Positions 1-10,500 of a stretch of DNA of 46,688 nt are shown here, one piece after another. Source of the DNA: Trichomonas gallinae (Eukaryota); contig MRSU01004077.1 in assembly GCA_008369845.1 (NCBI GenBank), positions 1 to 46,688 on the forward strand. The letters run 5' to 3'. The translations under genes and the position numbers were made by a program. The notes beneath the pieces were generated by a model. It saw only the letters and a program-made list of their open reading frames with translations, did no database searches and was not told where the DNA came from. Numbering within the stretch: the stretch's first letter is position 1; the number at the start of each line of letters is the position of its first letter.

Positions 1-721
1 TATATATTATTTACTTTGAATACAGAGTTATTTTATATTCTAAAATCCAAATTTTTCATTTTTATAAATAATTTTTTCAACAATAATTTAGGCAAAATCG
101 CTAATTTTTATAAGTTGAGAACAAATTGTTTAAATCCTTAGATATTCTTTATATAGTACCTAGTGGGGTGTTATATATTCCCTGCAAGATTTGGAGTGAT
201 TTGCCCGATGATTTCCAAGTTGCAATACCTTTAATTCATTTTGATTTTGAGAGTTTGCTTGGAAATGACAATCTATTACAGTTTGTAACAGATGCCATTT
301 AGTCGAATGTGCATTCCAGATGTTGGAATGCGTTGAGTGATTTTATCGAGATAAAAAAATATCATGCATTACATATCGCTCTATTAATGGTAAACCATCT
401 ATTATGACTAGAATTATTGATTTAGATTGTTTTTATGAGCTCTATAATATACAGAACTTGAATTCAAAAATATCATAGTAGGAAGCTGTTGTTTATACTG
501 TTATCATGTTAACATATGTCTATGTAATAGATATGCTACCTGATTTTAATGGGATATTTTATGAAGGTCTCGAATTTGTAGATTCTTTATTAAGGCGATT
601 CAACCGAAATTCTCTATGAAATGGTAAATGATGCTCGAATAGAATAATATACTATTGAATCATATTTTCAACACACTTTGTCCATCGATATTTCGAATTA
701 TTTTATCTGAAATCCCTTGTT

Positions 722-1220
722 TCCTATCATGTCGGCCCCAACTACACTACACCAAAGAACCACCTCGAACTATTCTCCACATTCTGCCAGACTCTCAAGA
801 AGACACGCGAGACAATCGTCAACAACTCAGAAATCTTCTCACATGGTCTTATGATGCTCCAGGGCTCTTCCTTAGAATAGATCTGAGTAGCATTGGATTG
901 CTGCATCCTTCCTAATACCTCCAGACCGTGTTGAAGATGTCATGCCAGCTGTGGTTCTCATTCCCTCCGAAGGTGGCCGCCCAGTCCATGATACATCATG
1001 GAAGGCTGCTAAGAAGATCATGACTAACACATTCAACTTCATCCACAGACTTCAGACACTTCTAGAACCATGGTCCATCGATGGAACTCACAAAGCAGAA
1101 GGTCGCCAAGTGGGACTCCCAGTTCACAGAAGCTGATGTCAGAAAGTTATCCACAGGTTGTGCTGCCCTTTACAACTGGATGATGAAGATCCTCGAGTAC
1201 CATATTATACAGCTTATTTG
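722..1220 (+). pseudogene. Dynein heavy chain fragment (end of AAA4/start of stalk CC1 plus microtubule-binding domain), frameshifted and internally deleted
   Basis: Manual translation gives three segments. GPNYTTPKNHLELFSTFCQTLKKTRETIVNNSEIFSHGLMML resembles dynein NYxTPKSYLELI...GLxKL, and ends at TAG 878-880. SFLIPPDRVEDVMPAVVLI...DTSWKAAKKIM...FIHRL matches MTBD helices. After a frameshift, FTEADVRKLSTGCAALYNWMMKILEY resembles FxxxxVxxxSxAxxGLCxWVxAIxxY. Confidence 0.8.
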
Positions 1221-1577
1221 AAAATGTTGAAAATATCAAATGATTTATGGATTTATTTAGAATTTCATGATAAATCTATGAATCAAATATTGTAATCATT
1301 AGATGCCCAAATATTTATATTGAATATTTTTTTTCTAATTGTTTAACTAATATGCCTCTGAAAATATTATCCAGGCTAATGAAATATACTTGTATGACAT
1401 AGAAAAAGAAGAACCTTTAATAATTTTATAATTTTATACAAGGATAATATTTTAATATCAAAAACAAATCACCGAGTGCTGAAAACGAATTAATATAATG
1501 ATAATCATGAAAATATTATCTATATTTTTTGAATAAACATTTTTTGCCACAGATAACAATGTATTTAAATTCCATGA

Positions 1578-2483
1578 TTAACGACGTGAGCTAGCCCACT
1601 TACAATTAGCAAGATCAGCCTCGGCGGCACTCCTCAAAAAGACTCCCTCGCCATGATATAATAATCGAACGGTATCGAAGTCTACACCCGTAAGATCTAC
1701 ATCAGGACATATTTTCGGAACATCTTCTGCGGAAACCTCTATGAAACCGTGAGATGGGAAATTTCCTTGCTGGTGGAAGAGCGAGCCGTCAATGGATTTA
1801 ATACCAAGCAAACGAGCAAAAGCTCGCTTGTCAACTCGAATAATCTGTTCATTCAGCCAGCGAACGCCCACAAGAAATGCAAATTTTTCATTTATTGCAC
1901 TTAGCTTGAGAGCGTTATAAAGTTTGTAAGAGAAACGACAACTCGCATGGTTCTTTCTCTGGAAAAAGTCTGTTACAAGTTCTCCGAACGAATAAGTTCT
2001 TTCTTGCCACAAAGTATATGGAATGAAGCTAAGAGCGTGCGGGTTAAGCACCAGTGTTGCATCATGAAGGGAAGACATGAAAGTTGCGTCTTCCTGTGCC
2101 CTAGCTTGAGTATCGACCGGAGCAAGTAGGCGTGAAATCCTAGACGGTGTGAAGCTGAGGGTTGTCTGTACTCCAGGAAGCTGCACCTGGGGGCTGTAAG
2201 GATGCTGGCTTGGGGAAAGCTGGATCATTGGAGATGAAATTGTTCTGCGGTGAAAAAAGTCTGTACTTGTCGAATCCAGGCTAGGATTTCCTGTATGTCC
2301 ACCTGGAAGAGGCTGAAACGCGAAATGATTTTGTTTTGTATTTTGATGCATTCCAGAATAAAAGTCTGAAAAAGGATCTACGGCAAAATAATCTGCCTCA
2401 TCACCGTCTTTGTACTCAATGGCATCAAAGACTGTAGCCCATGCATCATCTGACTCATCAGAACCTGGCTGTGTGTGGGACAT
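1578..2483 (-). CDS. Initiator-binding domain (IBD, IBP39-like winged-helix) family protein
   Basis: C-terminal RFSYKLYNALKL...LVGVRWLNEQIIRVDKRAFARLLGIK resembles the IBP39 IBD (RFxxKL...IGLSW...FKM...ALVMGIK). The N-terminus is low complexity and S/P/Q-rich. Confidence 0.8.
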   Translation of the reverse strand: MSHTQPGSDESDDAWATVFDAIEYKDGDEADYFAVDPFSDFYSGMHQNTKQNHFAFQPLPGGHTGNPSLDSTSTDFFHRRTISSPMIQLSPSQHPYSPQVQLPGVQTTLSFTPSRISRLLAPVDTQARAQEDATFMSSLHDATLVLNPHALSFIPYTLWQERTYSFGELVTDFFQRKNHASCRFSYKLYNALKLSAINEKFAFLVGVRWLNEQIIRVDKRAFARLLGIKSIDGSLFHQQGNFPSHGFIEVSAEDVPKICPDVDLTGVDFDTVRLLYHGEGVFLRSAAEADLANCKWASSRR

Positions 2484-2997
2484 TGTATAAAAACCGGCTT
2501 GTAAACTTTACAAAAAAATCTTTTGCCGCCACATTGTTATTTTGCATTTCTTAATATTCTATCTAAATTTCTTGAAATTTCAATTCCCATTGTCACTTTT
2601 ATCGAATATAACAAACCATCAATACAAGCAGCAATATTTTTTGGACATATTAAAAATGTTAATGTAAACTATTAAAAAATTAAATGAGATGATTCAAATT
2701 TGTGAAAATGACACAATTTTTCTTGATTTCATTTTTGTCATTGTTATAAGTCAGATACAGTATATGGATCAGAAATTACAGAGTTTCGATCATTTTGGTT
2801 TTTAGAGTCAAATTTTTGAGATGAAAATTAAAAAAATTTACATATTTAATTTTTTTGAAATGTAAACTCATTGAATTTGACTATTTTGTCAAAAATAACC
2901 ACATTTTGACGTGTAAACTTTGTCGGAATGGTCTGCGATCAAATTATAAGTAATTTTTACTATTTTGATATCACACGTGCTTATAGTTTTAGTAAAA

Positions 2998-3003
2998 TCA
3001 TTT
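2998..3003 (+). promoter_or_regulatory. Trichomonad initiator (Inr, TCAYT) upstream of the 3011 gene
   Basis: TCATTT starts 13 nt upstream of the ATG at 3011, the typical trichomonad Inr position. Confidence 0.6.
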
Positions 3004-3010
3004 TTTAAAA

Positions 3011-4183
3011 ATGAGTTATTATTCTTCCATTGATATCAAATATCTTGAGGACCGATATTTCAATAATGAGAGAATATTTGACTTCTTAGATACAAACATT
3101 CCATTGTGTTCAGTTCATCAGACAAAAACAGTTGTTACATTTTTCTATTTTATTTCATTCGTGGTAATTTATCTAATGTGGCACCAAGTATTTAAAGAAA
3201 CCTCACCGCTACCAATAAATGTCGTATTTACTCCAATAGTATTCACATCAGGAATACATATTTTAATGACCATATTTTATATTGTCTTCGCTTTGTTCGA
3301 AGAGGCATCTATTAGGACATGCATCAGTTTTGTTTACAACAATCACAGTATTTATCCATTTATTATTTTATTTGGATATATCATAATTCAAACGAATGGA
3401 ATTACGCTTAACATATTCTGGCTTGCTGTATTCATGACAATATCTATTGTTTTGGATATAATATTTGGCCTGTATTCATCTATTTCACATAGAATTTCAT
3501 TAATTTTTAGAATCATTGGCATGGCTCCTTGCTCTATTTTAGTTATTCTTCATACATTAAATATAGTTCCTCTTTGGTCAGTTTATATCCCGTTCTTTGC
3601 CTATTTTGCTATATATTCAATAATTTTATTGTCCTTATTAAAATGCAACAAACAATGCAGCAATCGAACCGTTAACTTCTTATATGACCCTGAAATCAGA
3701 GCAGAATTTGTTGCTTCAGATGACTACGAAAGCTTCTGGAATGCAGCTTATTGGAGAGATAACACTCAAATTCGCAGAAGAAGTGCCTCAGAAGATAGTT
3801 CTAGCTCAGATGAAGTTAGCAGCACTCGTAATGCTCCAGATTCAACTGCTTTAATTAATATCCAAAATAAGAAAGAGCAAAAGTTCCCCAAGAAGGAGAA
3901 CTTCCAACTTTATAAGCTTGATACAATGATCGATAAGCCAATTTTCATTACATCTCTTGAAATGAATATTGTTTTTATTTCATTCATTGCTGTTATGTTT
4001 GTTGACGCTTTCAAGACGATTCCTGGCTTATATTATATCGTAGGCCTGTTTCCAATTGTATTATTCATCGTTTCTCTTCTCAATTCCAGATCATTCGGTT
4101 ATAACAGCTGTGTTATCACTAACATTAACACAGATCATATTGACATTCTTTGGGATCACCCAAGTTTCTCTTCTATCTTTTGA
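3011..4183 (+). CDS. Multi-pass membrane protein, hypothetical (about 6 N-terminal and 2 C-terminal TM segments)
   Basis: 390-aa ORF with multiple hydrophobic stretches separated by a polar Ser-rich loop. Weak resemblance (VFTPI, WSVYIPF) to TMEM185/TMEM203-type proteins. Confidence 0.75.
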   Translation: MSYYSSIDIKYLEDRYFNNERIFDFLDTNIPLCSVHQTKTVVTFFYFISFVVIYLMWHQVFKETSPLPINVVFTPIVFTSGIHILMTIFYIVFALFEEASIRTCISFVYNNHSIYPFIILFGYIIIQTNGITLNIFWLAVFMTISIVLDIIFGLYSSISHRISLIFRIIGMAPCSILVILHTLNIVPLWSVYIPFFAYFAIYSIILLSLLKCNKQCSNRTVNFLYDPEIRAEFVASDDYESFWNAAYWRDNTQIRRRSASEDSSSSDEVSSTRNAPDSTALINIQNKKEQKFPKKENFQLYKLDTMIDKPIFITSLEMNIVFISFIAVMFVDAFKTIPGLYYIVGLFPIVLFIVSLLNSRSFGYNSCVITNINTDHIDILWDHPSFSSIF

Positions 4184-4331
4184 ATTTTCATGTTTATTAA
4201 ATATATTATTCTATCATTTTATCTTATATTTATTGACAATGGTGTGTATAATATTTGTGGCAAGGGTCATGTCTAGGTACAATAAATCATCTCAATGCCA
4301 TTTTGAACATTTCCAATGAGATATGCGATTT

Positions 4332-4456
4332 TACATGTCAAAATAACTGAAAAATGAACTTTCAATTATCTACATGTCAAAATATAATACCAAAAATCGA
4401 ATTTTCAATTATTTACATGTCAACATGACAAAATATTGAATTATTTACATGTCAAA
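4332..4456 (+). repeat. Degenerate tandem repeat, four TACATGTCAA cores, upstream of the giant gene
   Basis: TACATGTCAA at 4332, 4371, 4414 and 4446 (spacing 39/43/32 nt). The last three are preceded by AATTATY. Confidence 0.85.
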
Positions 4457-4562
4457 TAAAATTTTCACAGTAAAAAATGCTAGAATTTAGGTATTCGTTA
4501 TACTTATGCAATATCTAAAATGATCAATTTACTTGTCACCTTTCAATTTCTGAAATTTAAGG

Positions 4563-7500
4563 ATGTTCAAGACGACCAAATACAGTCCTGATGATATTTT
4601 GGCGTGTTATAGATCACGCAAAGTGTATCTTCAGGACTTTGACTTTGGTCCTCTTTATACAGATGAGCCTTTTCTCGCAGCAGTGGTTGATCTTGAAAGA
4701 CATCCTGATCTTAAAGCAAGAATAAAGACCGGATCAAATAGAAAAAAGCTTACAGAAGGCATTAATCGCGAAGCATTCGAAAAATCATTACAAAATGCAA
4801 ATGCGGAAAAATCATTCTTCTCGAAACTTAAACATAATACGATGCTCTTTGAGGATAGATCAGATATTTCATCTGACTATGAATCTTCATATTCATCAGA
4901 ATATGAAGAGCCAGAAACTAAAGAAAGTGAAAAAGAAATCGAAGAGCCAGAGTCAGAAGACCCTGAAGAAAAGAAAAAGCAAGAAGAATTAAAAGCAGTT
5001 GCAGCAGAATTATTCAATCCAAATCGCACTAAACCTTTTGAGCCTCCGAAACCATACCCAGATGAAATAGTTAATGGGCAATACCTCAATGTTCGTGTTG
5101 CTAAAGTACAAAAATATATTCCTACACAATTAAAACAAAATAATATCGAACAATTCATTGAAAACAACAATTCAAGGATTACAGTTAAAAGCTTTAGGCT
5201 TGGTACACAAGATGCCAGGGATTTTATGCTCAAATCGTCAAATAATAAAAATCCACCTCCACCACCTGAAAAATCGAGACCCAAGCTAAAAGAGCAAGAA
5301 GTGCCTCAAAAGCCATCACTTATGCCAGATTTCATTCCAACAAGACTTGTTGATTCGACAAAATCCATGGCTCCTTCTAAGCGAATTATTGCAAACGATC
5401 CATTTGAAGGTATTACGATTCCAAAACGCACAGCACACGCTCCAATTTCGATTTTCATGCCTAAGAAGAATCTTCCACCATCAGAAATGAGAAAACATCT
5501 TGATAGCATCTCTGAAATAGGCTCAGTAGAAGACAATACAGGTAATGATCAAATTAATAATGCAGAAAATATATACGACGAAGAAAATGAAAATAACGAA
5601 ATTAATAATGCAGAAGAACAAATGAATAATCCACCTGAACCAAAGAAGAAGATTGTGAAAATGAAAAAGGTTATCAAAGTTAAGAAATATATCGTCGGAA
5701 ATCAAATTGTAGATATGAAACAGGAAGTTCTCTCATCAATTCCAGCAAATATGACACCAACAAAGATTCTTAACAAAACAGAACTTGAAAAACGCAGAAA
5801 AGAACAACTTGAAGAGTTACAAAAATTATATGCTCAATCTCAACAACAGCAACAAGAGCAGCAAGTAAATAATATTCAAATTGATAGTACAAATACTGCT
5901 GAAGAAGTACTCATAAGCCATAAAAAGAAAGTTACAAAGCGCAGGCGTAAAAAATCTCCAATTGTTAATAATCCTCCGCCTGAAATCATCACAGAGTCAT
6001 CCTGGGAAACAGATTATAATGTTGGCCCCAGTGTTGGCATAAGCAGCTACACAGACCAAGAACTTGAAAACATCAACGTTGATGATATCGATTTCGAACT
6101 TCCACTGCATGCTGCTGTCCAAGAACGTCAAGAAAAGTTAATGGAAGAGCAGAAGAAACAAGCAATTTTGAAAGCAGACGGTGTTGAAAAAGTTTTCTCA
6201 AGTGATGTTGGTGACATAAGCCTTGAATTCGCACCAAGAAAAGCGAAACACGATGCATATATGGGCATAGAAATCAAACCAACAGATAAGCAATGGAAAG
6301 CAGTCAAGCGTCCAAAAGGTTTCAAACAAATCAAGCTCAAAGGTCCAACTTTCGAGACACTTGAAGAAAGAAAGAGAGAACTCTTAGACAGCATAGTTTA
6401 TCCAGATGAGTATCTTCCTGAAGAAACGGATTCAGAAGAAATTGCTCAAGTCAAGAAACGAATCAGAAAGAAAATCAGAAAAGCAAGGGAAGCCGAATTA
6501 CTTGGAGATCCTAATGATCCATACTCTGAAAATAGAGGCTACAAAACATGGCTTCTCAAAGATGAAGAAGATTTCAAATCTGTTGGTCGCTCTAAAGAAG
6601 TCGATCACAAGCAGAAAATTAGAAAACGAACAGCATATCCATATGGCTACGGAGAACCAGGCTATGTTTTCGAAGAAGAGGAAGAAGTTATTCTTTCTTA
6701 TTCTAAAATTCCAAAATTCAACCAGAATAATGCTGTCTCTTTCGACAAACTCATGGAGGAGGAAAAGAACAGTTCAGAGCAAGGCCCAATGAGAATCATC
6801 ATGTCATCATCAAGCCCACTTCTCGACGAGCTTCAGTTCGGAACATTCAACCGAAGCAAGAAATCAATCAAAATAGTTCCACAGGAGCCTGCATGGGAAA
6901 CAGTGCATCGCGATGCATGGGCGCCCGAACCGGAGAAACCGAAGGTACAAACAGAGCTCCAAAAGAAGAAGAATGAATCATTCAAGGTCCAACCAAAGAG
7001 GGCTGATTACAAACAAAGAATGGAAGAAGCTGAGAAAGATCGTCCAGTTTCATCAGAGTTCGAAAGATTGATGGCAGAAGAAGAAGCAAAAGCACAAAAA
7101 GAAAAAGAGAAAGATAAGAAACCAGTTCAAAAGATCAGAACAAATACAGAAGTTACTGAGTTCGAAAGAATTCTTAAGAATGAAACAGGCGCTGTTGTAC
7201 CAATTATTAAGCCACGTCAAAAGACAGTTTGGGACACGATCAAAGTTACACCTGATGCAATTGTCAGACCAATCATGCCAGAGGTTCTCCCAGGAGGAAA
7301 GACATGGGGTATTCAGCCATCATTCCAACCAAAACCCACAATGTGGGCCACTCTTCAACAAGGGCAACAAACTAAAACAGAAAAAGAAGATGATGATTTC
7401 TATGGACAGCCTCGCAAATCATTCTTTGAGGAACTTTATGAAGAAGAGTTGAAGAAGAAAGAAGAAGCAAGGGGTACAAGAAGAGCAAGAACAACATTTG

Positions 7501-10500
7501 GTCCGATGAAAACTTCAAACTTCGAGAATTTGATGAAAGAAGAAGAGCGCAAAGAAAAAGAAGGTCAAGGACAGAACATTGTCGTTGATCTTGATGAGGA
7601 TGGAGCTGCTGTACCTCAAAAGAGAGTCAAGAACGATGAAATGTTCTGGGGAGTCGAAGATATCATCGATGAAGAAATTCTTGGCGAAAAAGTTCCTCAA
7701 GAACCAATTAGAGCATCTTCTAAGCCAGCACTTGAAGCCGAAGTTCCAAGAGCAAGATCAAAGAGCGCACGGGTTTCAAGGCACCTCAAGTCAGTGATGA
7801 TGAGAGCTCCAGAGTACTCAGAGGAACCGATTGAACCGGTCAAACCAAAGAAGATATCCTATTTCTGGGACGATACAACTCAGTCCACTGAAGAAAACAA
7901 GCAACAAAAGCCTACAACACCAACTACAACTACTTGGGCAGCTGTAGACATTGATGGATCTACAGCTTCTCTGGAGAGTGATGTAACAGGCCATCTCAAA
8001 CGAAAGCTTCAGCCAGCTCAAGATTTCGAATCGATAGAAATTGCCGAAAGGATGAGAAAAGAATCACCAACAAGTGCTAAGAGACGTGCAAGATCAGCGG
8101 GCCATGTCAAATTCACTGGAGAAATCAGTTTTGCTCCAAAGGTATCAACTACATCATACGAAGCTCCATCAGTCGACGTTCAAAAGACTCAAGAAGAGGA
8201 AGTAGAAAAAGCAGAACAAGCACCGGAAGCTAATTCTACTGAGAGTCCTTGGGGAATGGGAGCATTTGAAGATGATTCCGAATTCTTGTATATTGGACAG
8301 CAATATATTCCTAAATCCAAACCAACACCAACTGATTTTGTTGTTAAGCAGAGAGCACCAAAGGCTGATAATGTTGCATCACCCATATTCCATCCAATCG
8401 AATCCAAGCCACTTGAACCAGCTACGTATCATTCTGAGTCTTCCTTTGAGCTTAAAAGCGAATCAACCCCAGAAGTTCCAAGCAAGCTAGTAAATGAATG
8501 GACTGAAGATATTTTCGATGAAGATGATGACTTCGTTTTAGTCGGTCAACCGAACACATCAAATGAACTAGAGCAAAAGAAACAAACTCGTTCTGCTTCT
8601 CCAGCTTCATCAATGTCTGAAATTCTTGCTGAAGCTGAGCAAGAAAAGAAACCGAAGAAGACTCTTGCTGATCTTCAGTCACTCGAATTCCATCCTAAAG
8701 AATCAAAGAAACTTGAGCCAGTTCCTGTTACAGATGAAATTGCTCAAGCTGTCAGTCATCCAGAAATAGTTGAAACCACTGAAGAAATTCAACCAGAACA
8801 AAATGCTGGAAGTCAATGGGCTGAAGATGCTTTCAATGAAGACGATGATTTCATTTTCGTTGGCCAACAATATATCGAAAAGAAACCTGTATCACCTCCA
8901 AAGCAAGAAAATACTCAGTTTGAAGAGTTAATGGAAGAGGCTAAAGTTGAAAAAGAAACCGCAAAGAAACAGAAACATGCTGATTTGCAATTGCTAGAAT
9001 TCCATCCTAAAGAATCAAAGAAGTTTGAACCAGCTCAAGTCACTGATGAGATTGCTGCAGCATCTGCCAACATTGATGTTACCATTGAGCCATCAAATGA
9101 AGTCGAAGAGGAAGCTGCTCCTAGCAATCCGGAAAATGAATGGGCGGAAGATGCATTTGGCGAAGATATTGATTTCGTTTTCGCTGGACAAAGGTATGAA
9201 TCGAAACAACCAGAGAAGAAGAAACCAACTCGTTCTGCTTCACCAGCACGTGATATCAAGGAAATCATGGCTGATGCTGAATCAGAAAAAGAGGCCATAA
9301 GAAAGCAAAAACAAGCCAATCTCGAATCTCTGGAATTCCATCCGAAAGAATCAAAGAAGATCGAACCAATTCAAGTAACAGATGAAGTTGCTCAAGCTAT
9401 CAGTAATCCTGATGCTATTGAGACTCCAGAAGAGACTTTCGAGGAACCAATAGCTGAAGTTCCAAATGAATGGGCTGAAGACGCCTTTGATGAAGATGCC
9501 GACTTTGTATATTATGGCCAAAAATATGAAGCAAAGAAACCAGAGCCAGAACAAGAGCAACAAACAGTTGAAAATCCAGGTAAATTGGAATTTGATGAAT
9601 TGCTTGAAAAAGAAGAAGTTTTACAAAAAATTTCAGAAGAAGAAAGGAAGCAGAAACTTGCGGAATTGCAATCTCCTGAATTTTGTCCTAAAGAATCCAA
9701 GAAGATTGAACCTGTCCAAGTTACTGAAGAAATTGCTAATCCTCCAAAACCTCCTGCTCAAGAAATCCAGGAAGAAATTCTACCAGAAACAGAAGAAACT
9801 ACCACAGTTGTCACAAATGAATGGGCTGAAGATGCATTTGATGAAGACACTGATTTTGTCTATGCTGGCCGGAAGTATGAGTCGAAGAAACCAGAGCAAG
9901 AACTGCAAACAATTCCAGTCAAATCAGAATTTGATGAGTTGCTTGCTGAAGAAGAAGTTGCCACGCAATCAGCTCAAAAGGTAGTTCAAGAAGAAAAGAA
10001 GACGAAGCTTGTTGAAATACAATCACCTGAATTCCATCCTAAGGAGTCTAAGAAGATTGAACCAATCCAAGTTACTGATGAAGTTGCTCAAGCTATCCAG
10101 AATCAACCTGAAGAAGTTCAAGAGGCTGAAGAATCTGTTCCAGAAACAAACGAAACGGCCAATGAATGGGCAGAAGATGCATTCACTGAAGATACTGATT
10201 TTGAATATGTTGGTCAGCAGTATGTAGCCAAGAACTCTCAAGAATTAAACGAAGAGGAAGAAGAACAAATTCCAGAAAAATCACAGTTCGAAGGATTAAT
10301 TGAAAATGAACAATCAGCTCAGAAAGAAACATTGGAAGAGAAGAAACAGATTCTTGCAGAAGTTCAATCTGATTTCCATCCTAAAGAGTCCAAATGGTCA
10401 TTCGAAGCCCCAGAAGCTACCGATGAAATCCTTGAAGCATCAATGGAGCGAGATGCTGTCGTACAAGAAGATTTCGATCAGACAACATTTTCAGATTGGG

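Noticed and set aside
4332..4456. Repeat-spacer pattern superficially like a CRISPR array
   Set aside because: The core is only 10 nt, the spacers resemble each other, the context is eukaryotic and there are no cas genes.
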